Shown one piece after another: positions 15,615 through 23,703 of a stretch of 47,947 nucleotides of DNA; within the stretch, counting starts at the first letter, position 1; the number at the start of each line of letters is the position of its first letter. Below the pieces are notes generated by a model that was not told where the DNA came from, ran no database searches, and saw nothing but the letters and a program-made list of their open reading frames with translations. The position numbers and the translations under genes are program-made. This DNA comes from Patescibacteria group bacterium (GTDB lineage Bacteria; Patescibacteriota; Minisyncoccia; UBA6257; UBA9933), in contig JASJPP010000030.1 of assembly GCA_031432155.1 (NCBI GenBank), positions 1 through 47,947 of the forward strand, read 5' to 3'.

Positions 15615-16985
15615 TTAATTTTTACAAATACTTTCTTTAATTAAAAGTATTTTTTGATTTAACGATGAATTTCTGTTGATTTCTTTTGATATTTTTTCAT
15701 AAGAATAAATTGCGGTTGTATGATCTCTTTTGCCCAACCTTTCCCCAATTTCCGGATAAGATATTTTTAAAATATCTCTTAATAAAAACGCGCTTATTTG
15801 ACGCGGCTCAACAAATCCTTTTTTTCTTGATCGGCTCATAATATCGTCTTGGCTGATTTCAAAAAAAACAGCCACCGCCTTAATAACCTGACTTGGGGTG
15901 ATGTTTTTAGACGTTTGTTTGTTTATATTATCCACAACTTCTTCAATGGTTTTTATGTTCGGTTCGATATTTTTTACATCTTTAAAAAACAAAACCTTAT
16001 TTAACACCCCCTCGATTTCCCTGATATTTCTTTGAATTCTGTCGGCGATTAATTCACATATTTCATTGGATAAAACAGCTTTTTTTTCTTGGAGCTTGGT
16101 TTTGATAATGGCCAGCCTTGTTTCGTAATCAGGATAGGTGATATCCGCGATCATTCCGCCTTCAAAACGGGAGCGCAGTCTTTCTTCCAGTGTCGGGATG
16201 GCGGCCGGCGGCCGATCGGAAGAAATAATAATTTGTTTATTGTTTTCGTATAAAACATTAAAAGTGTGGAAAAATTCTTCTTCGGTGGCTTTTTTGCCGC
16301 CGATAAACTGAATGTCGTCAATTATCAAAACATCAACATTGCGATATTTATTTTTTGTATCCTCCATTCTTTTGTTTTTAATTCCCCAAACAACGTCGTT
16401 AACGAATTTTTCCGAAGAAATGTATTTAACTTTAATTTTGTCTTTATAGGCGTTTTTTATTTCGTTGCCTATCGCCTGAATAAGGTGGGTTTTTCCCAGG
16501 CCGGTGCCGCCGTAAATAAAAAGAGGGTTGTATTTTTTTCCGACGTTTTTAATCACCGCCGAAGAGGCGGCGTACGCCAACTCGTTTGACGAGCCAACAA
16601 TAAAAGAATTAAGAGTGTAGCGCGGATGAAGATTGGTTTCCTGGTCTATTTTAAATTCAGGGAAGGCGACTTGGCGATCGGCGGATATTTTTTGTTTGTG
16701 GTGTTCGGTTTTAACGACAGCGACTTTATTTTCCACAACCACATATTCAACTTTTTTAATTGAGTCGTCCAAAGAATGCAGCGTTTCCGTTATTAATTTA
16801 TGATATTTGTTTTCCACCCATTCTTTGGCGAAATTATTGGCCAGACCGACCAATGCTTTGCCGTCTCCGGTTTTGTCGACAAGCCGGCTGTTTTTTAACC
16901 AAGTCAAAAAATTGGCTCTAGAAATTTGAAGCTCCAATTCAGCGAGAGTTGATTCCCAAAGTTTATCGTGATCGACAATCATCAT
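15615..16985 (-). CDS. dnaA: chromosomal replication initiator DnaA
   Basis: Walker A GGTGLGKTHL, Walker B LIIDDIQF, box VII/sensor motifs, C-terminal DNA-binding domain (RDHTTAIYSYEKI). Confidence 0.95.
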   Translation of the reverse strand: MMIVDHDKLWESTLAELELQISRANFLTWLKNSRLVDKTGDGKALVGLANNFAKEWVENKYHKLITETLHSLDDSIKKVEYVVVENKVAVVKTEHHKQKISADRQVAFPEFKIDQETNLHPRYTLNSFIVGSSNELAYAASSAVIKNVGKKYNPLFIYGGTGLGKTHLIQAIGNEIKNAYKDKIKVKYISSEKFVNDVVWGIKNKRMEDTKNKYRNVDVLIIDDIQFIGGKKATEEEFFHTFNVLYENNKQIIISSDRPPAAIPTLEERLRSRFEGGMIADITYPDYETRLAIIKTKLQEKKAVLSNEICELIADRIQRNIREIEGVLNKVLFFKDVKNIEPNIKTIEEVVDNINKQTSKNITPSQVIKAVAVFFEISQDDIMSRSRKKGFVEPRQISAFLLRDILKISYPEIGERLGKRDHTTAIYSYEKISKEINRNSSLNQKILLIKESICKN

Positions 16986-17055
16986 GGCTTCATAATTTTA
17001 TTTTAAACCCAGGCAATAAGTCAAACAATAAAAAACAATCAAATTGTTAATTATT

Positions 17056-17064
17056 TGTGGATAA
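17056..17064. promoter_or_regulatory. consensus DnaA box (TGTGGATAA = complement of TTATCCACA)
   Basis: Exact 9-mer in the dnaA/rpmH divergent intergenic region. Overlaps the 10-bp palindrome AAACATGTTT (17063-17072). Confidence 0.6.
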
Positions 17065-17078
17065 ACATGTTTTGGCTA

Positions 17079-17106
17079 TTGTTTAATAATAAATAATCGA
17101 TATAAT
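17079..17106 (+). promoter_or_regulatory. rpmH promoter TTGTTT-16-TATAAT, with the -10 only 6 nt before the ATG (leaderless geometry)
   Basis: TATAAT at 17101-17106, ATG at 17113, no SD. Confidence 0.5.
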
Positions 17107-17112
17107 TAAGTT

Positions 17113-17250
17113 ATGCCAAAAAGGACGTACCAGCCCAAAAAGAAAAAAAGGAAAAGAGTTCACGGCTTTTTGAAGCGCTCCCGGACGCCGGGAGGCAGAA
17201 ACGTCTTAAAAAGAAGGCGAAGAAAGGGCAGAAAAAAAATTACGGCATAA
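17113..17250 (+). CDS. rpmH: 50S ribosomal protein L34
   Basis: Not in the ORF track (45 aa): [45 protein letters not shown]. Canonical position before rnpA. Confidence 0.9.
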   Translation: MPKRTYQPKKKKRKRVHGFLKRSRTPGGRNVLKRRRRKGRKKITA

Positions 17251-17574
17251 ATGTTGGCTAAAAAATTTCGCCTTCAGATTCGTGAGTGGCGGCCGGCAAA
17301 AATATTCACCAAAAAAAGCGAATATTTTTCCGTTAAAACATCGTCCAATAATTTAAGCGTCAGTCGTTTCGGAACGATTGTGAGTTCGAAAATTTTTAAA
17401 AGCTCCGTAAAACGAAACCGCTTAAAAAGAATTTTTTTTGACTTTATTCGTCTCAACGGCCTTCATTTGGCCGGCGGACGGGATGTCTTGTTGATTTTTT
17501 TCCCGCCGGTCGCTAAATTAACAAAAGAAGAAATCGAAAAAGAACTGGAAAAACATGTCAAATCTATTTCATGA
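17251..17574 (+). CDS. rnpA: RNase P protein component
   Basis: 107 aa, basic, with the RNR-like motif SVKRNRLKRIF. rpmH-rnpA-yidC synteny. Confidence 0.85.
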   Translation: MLAKKFRLQIREWRPAKIFTKKSEYFSVKTSSNNLSVSRFGTIVSSKIFKSSVKRNRLKRIFFDFIRLNGLHLAGGRDVLLIFFPPVAKLTKEEIEKELEKHVKSIS

Positions 17575-18286
17575 AATTCTTTACCGGCCGCTGTTCAACG
17601 CTCTTATTTTTCTTTATCAGAATTTTTCTTTCGGCGATTTCGGAATCGCGATCATTCTCTTGACGATCGCCATTCGCTTTATTTTGTTTCCGTTTTTTTA
17701 TAAAAGCGCCAAAGATCAGGCGATTCTTCAGCGCTTGGCGCCGAAAATAAAAGCGATTCAAGCCGAACATAAAAACGACCGCGAAAAACAAGCCAAAGAA
17801 ATGCTGGCGCTTTATCGCCAGCACGAAGTTAATCCGCTTTCCGGATTTTTTTTCATTATTCTGGTGCAGTTGCCGATTTTAATCGCTCTTTATCAGGTTT
17901 TTTTAAAAGGTTTTTCGGTGGAATCTTTGACCGCCTTATATTCGTTTATTGAGAAGCCGGAAAGCATCAACGTCTTTTTTTTGGGGATTATTGATTTAAC
18001 GAAAACAAGTCTTTTTATGGCTGCTTTGGCGGCCATCGCCCAATATTTTCAAGGGAAATTATCTTTGCCGAAAATCGACCCGAAAGACGTCAAAAATCTT
18101 ACGCCGATAGAGAGAACCGGCCGCCAAATGGTTTATATCGGTCCGGTTTTGACGATTGTTTTTTTGTATTTTTTCAAATTGTCGTCGGCCATCGCCATTT
18201 TTTGGTTGACAACATCGATTTTTTCGGTTATTCAACAAGTAATAATCAATAAAAGACTAAAAGACAATGGAACACATGGGGCCTGA
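17555..18286 (+). CDS. yidC: membrane protein insertase YidC (short, Gram-positive/Oxa1-like form)
   Basis: 243 aa, 5 TM core, with LTIAIRFILFPF and KEMLALYRQHEVNPLSG motifs. Confidence 0.9.
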   Translation: MSNLFHEILYRPLFNALIFLYQNFSFGDFGIAIILLTIAIRFILFPFFYKSAKDQAILQRLAPKIKAIQAEHKNDREKQAKEMLALYRQHEVNPLSGFFFIILVQLPILIALYQVFLKGFSVESLTALYSFIEKPESINVFFLGIIDLTKTSLFMAALAAIAQYFQGKLSLPKIDPKDVKNLTPIERTGRQMVYIGPVLTIVFLYFFKLSSAIAIFWLTTSIFSVIQQVIINKRLKDNGTHGA

Positions 18287-18704
18287 TTTAAAAAAAATAA
18301 TCGAATTGATGGGGTTTGAAGATTTCTCGTTCAGTTACGACGTTGAAAGCAGTCGTTTCTCGGTCTTTATCAATGAAGGCGATTTTTTAAAAAAACTTTT
18401 GCCGGTTTTCGTGACGAATCTTGATTACGTGTTTAAAATAATGGCCGCAAAAAAAGGAGGAGACAAGCCGGTTTTTGTCGACATTAATAATTATCGGCGC
18501 GAGCGTGAATTATTGATTGTGGAAATTGCCCGCGTGGCCGCCAAAAAAGCGGTGGCGATCAAACAAGGGGTGGCTTTGCCGATCATGAACGCTTACGAAC
18601 GGCGTTTGATTCACATGGAACTGGCTTCGCGGCCGGACGTGGGAACCGAGAGCGTCGGCGACGGGAAGAATCGTTACGTGGTGGTAAGGCCGATTATTGA
18701 TTAA
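18267..18704 (+). CDS. jag: Jag/KhpB-like RNA-binding protein (KH + R3H domains)
   Basis: R3H motif ERRLIHMEL...G. Conserved position after yidC. Confidence 0.8.
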   Translation: MEHMGPDLKKIIELMGFEDFSFSYDVESSRFSVFINEGDFLKKLLPVFVTNLDYVFKIMAAKKGGDKPVFVDINNYRRERELLIVEIARVAAKKAVAIKQGVALPIMNAYERRLIHMELASRPDVGTESVGDGKNRYVVVRPIID

Positions 18705-19554
18705 TTCTTTTTATCAAACTGGGAAACCCCAGTTTTTCCAAATAAGCGGTTATTTTCTCCGGCGCGCCGTCGCGATTTAACTCGAAAATTTCTTTGACCG
18801 GCAACGGAGCGTCGCGCCTGATCATCGCCAGTTTTTTTGAAAGAAGAGCGGTTTCTTTAAAGCGGATTATTTTTTTATAATTTTTATCCAGCTGGCCTTC
18901 GGCCAAAAAATTTTCTAAAGTTTCATATTCTTTGATCAATGGAGCGGCGGTTTTAGGGCCTATGCCTGCAACGCCCGGGATGTTGTCGGACGGATCGCCG
19001 ACCAACCCCTTAAAATCGGGAAGCTGGCCGGGGGAAAGACCATCGTAACGTTTTTTAACCTCTTCTTCGTTGTAGATTATCGTGTCGCTTACGCCTTTTC
19101 TGGTTGTTTCCACCACCACCTTGTCGTTTTCAATAAGCTGGAGAGCGTCAAGATCGCCGGTTAAGATGATTATTTTTAAATCGGGAACATTTTTAAAAAT
19201 AGAAGCGGCGGTTCCGATAAGGTCGTCGGCTTCAAAACCGGCAATTTCGTAAGTTTTTATTCCGAAGGCGCCGAACAAAGAGCGGGCTTCAATGATTTGC
19301 GAGACCAGTTCGCTCGGCGCTTTGGGACGGTGGATTTTATACGCGTCAAACATTTCTTTGCGGAACGTCGGCTCCGGCCGGTCAAAAAAGGCGGCGATAA
19401 AATCCGGTTTTTGTTCGCGCAAGATTTTAATCAAAATACTGGCTAGTCCGTAAAGGGCGCCGGCCGGCCGGTTGCCCGGTCCGGTTAGCGGCGGCAGGGC
19501 GTGAAAACAGCGATGAACAAGAGAATTGGCGTCTATTAAAAATAAGGTTTTCAT
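18694..19554 (-). CDS. 5'-3' exonuclease / flap endonuclease (Pol I N-terminal domain homolog)
   Basis: LIDANSLVHRCFHA, DRPEPTFR, FEADDLIGT, GDLDALQL, H3TH motif NIPGVAGIGPKTA. Confidence 0.9.
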   Translation of the reverse strand: MKTLFLIDANSLVHRCFHALPPLTGPGNRPAGALYGLASILIKILREQKPDFIAAFFDRPEPTFRKEMFDAYKIHRPKAPSELVSQIIEARSLFGAFGIKTYEIAGFEADDLIGTAASIFKNVPDLKIIILTGDLDALQLIENDKVVVETTRKGVSDTIIYNEEEVKKRYDGLSPGQLPDFKGLVGDPSDNIPGVAGIGPKTAAPLIKEYETLENFLAEGQLDKNYKKIIRFKETALLSKKLAMIRRDAPLPVKEIFELNRDGAPEKITAYLEKLGFPSLIKRINQ

Positions 19555-19583
19555 TGATATAAATTATAGCGAAGCGGAGGGCG

Positions 19584-20105
19584 TTGACAATGTTTTTGTC
19601 CGGCGGTAGCTTTAAAAAAGAGATGGAAAATAAATCTTTTAAAACTTCATTAGGCGCGGAACTAAGCGTTGAAGAAGTGATTAACGAAGTGTCTGTTTTT
19701 ATGGCGGCTGAAAAAAATTGCCGCTACAAAATTATTATTGGCAGCGATTCCGACGCCCGCAGCGGGATAACGGTTGATTTTATCACGGCCGTTGTGGTGC
19801 ATCGCGTCGGCAACGGCGGACGCTATTTTTGGCGGCGCTTGGAGCTGAACAGATTTCATACGTTAAGAGACAGGATTATCCAGGAGGTTTTACTTTCCAT
19901 TGATGTGGCCAAAGAAATTTTAGTGTGTCTTAAGAAACTGAAAACTCCCGAGTTTGATTTTGAAATTCACGTTGATGTCGGCGAAAACGGCAAAACCAAG
20001 GAGATTATTCAGGAAGTTGTCGGCATGGTCAGGGCTTACAATTTTGAACCGCGCACCAAGCCGGAAAGCTACGCCGCTTCAAAGGTGGCTGACAGACACG
20101 TTTAG
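19584..20105 (+). CDS. YkuK/DUF458-like RNase H-fold protein
   Basis: IIIGSDSD...FITAVVVHRVGNGGRYF...HVDVGENGKT...AASKVADRH pattern recalled from DUF458. Start uncertain: TTG 19584, ATG 19590 (GGAGGG 9 nt upstream) or ATG 19623. Confidence 0.55.
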   Translation: MTMFLSGGSFKKEMENKSFKTSLGAELSVEEVINEVSVFMAAEKNCRYKIIIGSDSDARSGITVDFITAVVVHRVGNGGRYFWRRLELNRFHTLRDRIIQEVLLSIDVAKEILVCLKKLKTPEFDFEIHVDVGENGKTKEIIQEVVGMVRAYNFEPRTKPESYAASKVADRHV

Positions 20106-20122
20106 CCGCCGGCCGTTTATTT

Positions 20123-21352
20123 ATGAATAGAATTTATTTTGATTACGCCGCTTCAACCCCGGTTGATCCGGCGGTGGCGGACGCGATGACCGGCTGTTTT
20201 TCGCAAAAATTCGGCAATCCCGGCAGTCTTCATTATTTCGGTCAGGAAGCGATGGCGGTTATTGACGAATCGCGGGAAAAAATCGCCAAAGCGATCGGCG
20301 CTTCACCGGCCGGCGGATTTCGGGAAATAATTTTTACCGGTTCAGCAACCGAGGCGAATAATTTGGCTTTGCGCGGCATTATTAAAGGCGTCAAACGTCA
20401 AATGTCAAATGTCAAATATCCCCGTATCATCGTCTCGGCAATCGAACATGAATCAATTTTAGAAACCTGCCGCGATTTGGAAAAAGAAGGAGTTGAAACA
20501 ATTTATTTGCCGGTTAATCGCGAAGGAATCGTTGATTTGAAAAAATTGAAGGAGTTTTTGAACGATAGAACGGTTTTGGTTTCAATAATGTACGCCAATA
20601 ATGAAACCGGAACGATACAGCCGATTGCGGAAATCGCGAAAATCATCAGGGAATTTAAAGAAACGAAATCAGGAAACGCTTATCCGTTATTTCACGCCGA
20701 CGCTGTTCAGGCGTTTCAGTTTCTTGATTGCGGAGTCAATGGAATCGGAGTTGATTTGATGACCTTGTCAGCCCATAAAATTTACGGTCCGAAAGGAATT
20801 GGCTTGCTTTGCGCGCGGCAAAGCGCGGAACATAAAGCGCGAAACGAAGGATTTGCGGCAAACGGTTCGCGATTGGCGCCGATAATTACCGGCGGAGGGC
20901 AAGAATTCGGTTTGCGCTCGGGAACGGAAAACACCGCGTCAATCGCCGGCTTCGCCAAAGTGATTGAGTTGGCCGATAAAAATCGCTTAAAAGAAGCAAA
21001 GAGAATCGGCGGATTAACCAAATATTTTTTTAAGGAAATCAAAAAAATATATCCGGCGGCGAAAATGAACGCGGCGCCGGACAAAAAAAAGCTGCCGAAT
21101 ATTTTAAATATTTTTTTCCCCGGCCGGCGCGCCGACGATTTACTCATAAAACTTGATATGGCGGGCATCGCCGTTTCTTCCGGCGCGGCTTGTTCGGCCA
21201 GATCGACAAAACTCTCGCATGTTTTGGCGGCTTGCGGATTCTCTGAAAAACGAATAAAATCAAGTCTGCGCTTCAGTTTTGGCAGATTCACGACAAGAGC
21301 GGAAATTAACGAAGCGTTAAAAAGAATAAAAATAGCGTTTAGATCGACGTAA
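20123..21352 (+). CDS. cysteine desulfurase (NifS/IscS family, PLP-dependent)
   Basis: PLP-lysine motif SAHKIYGPKG, catalytic loop SSGAACSA, aminotransferase class V N-terminus. Confidence 0.9.
   Translation: MNRIYFDYAASTPVDPAVADAMTGCFSQKFGNPGSLHYFGQEAMAVIDESREKIAKAIGASPAGGFREIIFTGSATEANNLALRGIIKGVKRQMSNVKYPRIIVSAIEHESILETCRDLEKEGVETIYLPVNREGIVDLKKLKEFLNDRTVLVSIMYANNETGTIQPIAEIAKIIREFKETKSGNAYPLFHADAVQAFQFLDCGVNGIGVDLMTLSAHKIYGPKGIGLLCARQSAEHKARNEGFAANGSRLAPIITGGGQEFGLRSGTENTASIAGFAKVIELADKNRLKEAKRIGGLTKYFFKEIKKIYPAAKMNAAPDKKKLPNILNIFFPGRRADDLLIKLDMAGIAVSSGAACSARSTKLSHVLAACGFSEKRIKSSLRFSFGRFTTRAEINEALKRIKIAFRST
20390..20417. repeat. heptanucleotide tandem repeat GTCAAA[C/T] x4 inside the cysteine desulfurase CDS
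   Basis: gtcaaac gtcaaat gtcaaat gtcaaat, encoding ..VKRQMSNVKY.. Confidence 0.9.
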
Positions 21353-21353
21353 C

Positions 21354-21428
21354 GGTCCTATCGTCTAATGGTTAGGACAGCGCCCTTTCAAGGCGTAAAT
21401 ACGGGTTCGATTCCCGTTGGGACCACCA
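21354..21428 (+). tRNA. tRNA-Glu(UUC)
   Basis: Full cloverleaf by hand: acceptor GGTCCTA/TGGGACC, anticodon loop CTTTCAA, T-loop TTCGATT, encoded CCA. Starts 2 nt after the desulfurase stop. Confidence 0.9.
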
Positions 21429-21478
21429 AACGAAACATTTTCGGAATTAAATAACAAGCAGGGGCCATATGTTTCTCG

Positions 21479-21514
21479 CCCGCCGCGCCTTTAAGGCAGT
21501 CGGCGGGTTTTTTT
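21479..21514 (+). terminator. intrinsic terminator after tRNA-Glu
   Basis: cccgccg (21479-21485) pairs with cggcggg (21501-21507), followed by ttttttt. Confidence 0.7.
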
Positions 21515-21570
21515 AAATAATTTTTATAATAATTTGCTCTCAAGGGCGGAAATTTGATAAGATTTTATTT

Positions 21571-22629
21571 ATGAAAATTCTCGCTGTTGAAACCTCTTGC
21601 GACGAAACAGCGGTTGCCCTAATTAAGGCCGGCGGCGGATTGAAAAATCCGCGATTTAAAATTTTAAAAAACCTGGTTGCTTCGCAGATAAAAATTCACC
21701 GGCCGTTCGGCGGCATTGTGCCGAATTTGGCAAAACGCGAACATCTTAAAAACCTCCCGTTGCTTTTTAAAAAACTTCGGGCTTCGGGCATTAAGCTTCA
21801 AGATTCCGATTTAATCGCCGTTACCGTCGGACCGGGCCTGGAGCCGGCGCTTTGGACGGGCATCGCGTTTATAAATAAAATTCGCGCGGAACTGCTCGAG
21901 TCGCGGCGCGGGCCGACGCGGAAAAAAGAAATAAAGATCGTCGGCGCGAGCCACCTGGAAGGCCATTTATATTCTTTTCTTTTGAACCGCGAATTTAACG
22001 GCCTGGATTCCAAAAATTTGTTTCCGGCTGTTGCGCTTATTGTGAGCGGCGGACATACGGCTTTGATTTTGATGAAAAATCTGGCTGATTACAAAAAAAT
22101 AGGCGAAACTCGCGATGACGCCGTCGGCGAAGCGTTTGACAAGGTGGCGCGGCTTTTAAATCTTCCTTATCCGGGCGGTCCGGAAATAGAAAAACTCGCG
22201 AAACGCGGAAACGCGGCTTCTATAAATTTCCCGCGGCCGATGATCGGCCAAAAAAATTACGACTTCAGTTTTTCAGGATTAAAAACCGCGGTTTTGTATT
22301 ATTTGCGCGATGCCGGGAAAGCGAGCAAAGCTGACGTTGCCGCTTCTTTTCAGGCCGCCGCTTTCGACGTTTTGGCCGCCAAAACCTTGCTGGCGGCGAA
22401 AGAATTTAGAGCTAAATCAATCATGGTCGGCGGCGGGGTGGCTTCCAGTCAAACGTTGAAAAAATATTTTCGGGCGCGGATTAAAAAGGAAAACCCGGAG
22501 CTTAACTTATTGATTCCGCCGAAAAAGTTTTGTCTGGACAACGCCGTTATGATCGGCGCGTCGGCTTATATAAATTATTTAAGAAAGAAAAACTATCGTT
22601 TGAAAGCGCAGGCTAATTTGCCGATTTAA
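21571..22629 (+). CDS. tsaD: tRNA N6-adenosine threonylcarbamoyltransferase TsaD (Kae1/Gcp)
   Basis: ILAVETSCDETAVAL, HLEGHL, GGGVASS motifs of the ASKHA-fold Gcp family. Confidence 0.9.
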   Translation: MKILAVETSCDETAVALIKAGGGLKNPRFKILKNLVASQIKIHRPFGGIVPNLAKREHLKNLPLLFKKLRASGIKLQDSDLIAVTVGPGLEPALWTGIAFINKIRAELLESRRGPTRKKEIKIVGASHLEGHLYSFLLNREFNGLDSKNLFPAVALIVSGGHTALILMKNLADYKKIGETRDDAVGEAFDKVARLLNLPYPGGPEIEKLAKRGNAASINFPRPMIGQKNYDFSFSGLKTAVLYYLRDAGKASKADVAASFQAAAFDVLAAKTLLAAKEFRAKSIMVGGGVASSQTLKKYFRARIKKENPELNLLIPPKKFCLDNAVMIGASAYINYLRKKNYRLKAQANLPI

Positions 22630-22631
22630 CC

Positions 22632-23699
22632 ATGATTTTTTTCAAATCCATTGACTGGAAATTAAACGCGGCGATTTTCGCGATAACGGCCGCCGGTTTT
22701 TTGAGTTTATTAAGCAGCGCGCCGGTTTTATTTTACAAGCAGTTGTTTTGGGGCGTTGCCGGCTTCATCTTGGTTTTTTTAATCGCTCGTTTTGATTGGC
22801 GGTCCTTCGTCAATTACAAAAGCGTTATTTTCGGCCTTTACGTCGCGGCGATTTTTCTTTTGGTCGCCGCTTATTTTTTCGCTCCGGAGATTCGCGGAAC
22901 AAAAGGCTGGCTGGTGATCGGCCCTTTTCATTTTCAGGCGGCTGAATTCGCCAAACTGACCGCGATAATTTTTTTCGCTTATTTTTTCAGCCGCAAACAC
23001 GCTTATATCAGCAAGGTTTCCACTTTGGCCGTTTCATTTGTTTATTTCGCTCCACCCGCTTTTTTGGTGGCGCTTCAACCGGATTTCGGATCGGTTTTGG
23101 TGTTGTTTTTCATCTGGTTCGGTTTTCTTTTGATCTCGGGTATCCGTTGGCGGCACCTGGTTTTTTCACTGATTATTTTTTCTTTTTTGGCGGCGGGGAT
23201 GTGGCAGGTTGTTTTGGAAGATTATCAGAAAGAAAGAATTTTCGGCGTTTTTTTTCCGGAAATGGATCCTCTTGGAATCAATTACAACGTGATTCAATCA
23301 AAAATCGCCATTGGTTCCGCCGGTTTTTTTGGCAAGGGCTTTGGCCAGGGATCCCAGGTTCAGCTCGGGTTTTTGCCCGAGGCCCAGACCGATTTTATTT
23401 TCGCCGCTTTTACGGAAGAATGGGGAATGATCGCCGGAATTTTTTTGCTGGCCGCTTTCGCGGTAATGGTTTTTAGAATAATTAAAATCGGTTTGGCGGC
23501 CGACAATAATTTCAGTCGTTTTGTTTGTTTGGGAACGGTGGTTCTTCTCATTGTTCAATTTGTTTTAAATATCGGCTCCAATTTGGGATTAACGCCGGTT
23601 ATCGGCGTCACCTTCCCGTTTTTAAGCTACGGCGGATCAAGTTTGTTGACCAATTTTATTTTGATCGGTATAATTCAATCTGTTTTTATCCGGCGTTGA
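22632..23699 (+). CDS. SEDS-family peptidoglycan polymerase (FtsW/RodA)
   Basis: 355 aa, about 9-10 TM. Motifs QPDFGS, PEAQTDFIFA, LPFLSYGGSS. Confidence 0.9.
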   Translation: MIFFKSIDWKLNAAIFAITAAGFLSLLSSAPVLFYKQLFWGVAGFILVFLIARFDWRSFVNYKSVIFGLYVAAIFLLVAAYFFAPEIRGTKGWLVIGPFHFQAAEFAKLTAIIFFAYFFSRKHAYISKVSTLAVSFVYFAPPAFLVALQPDFGSVLVLFFIWFGFLLISGIRWRHLVFSLIIFSFLAAGMWQVVLEDYQKERIFGVFFPEMDPLGINYNVIQSKIAIGSAGFFGKGFGQGSQVQLGFLPEAQTDFIFAAFTEEWGMIAGIFLLAAFAVMVFRIIKIGLAADNNFSRFVCLGTVVLLIVQFVLNIGSNLGLTPVIGVTFPFLSYGGSSLLTNFILIGIIQSVFIRR

Positions 23700-23703
23700 T
23701 TTT

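Noticed and set aside
21431-21476. GAAACAT ... ATGTTTC inverted repeat after tRNA-Glu, as another copy of the 6.5-kb repeat motif
   Set aside because: Only 7 bp are shared, with a 31-nt spacer and no flanking similarity to the 39/43-bp repeats. Similar heptamers occur by chance in coding regions of the window.
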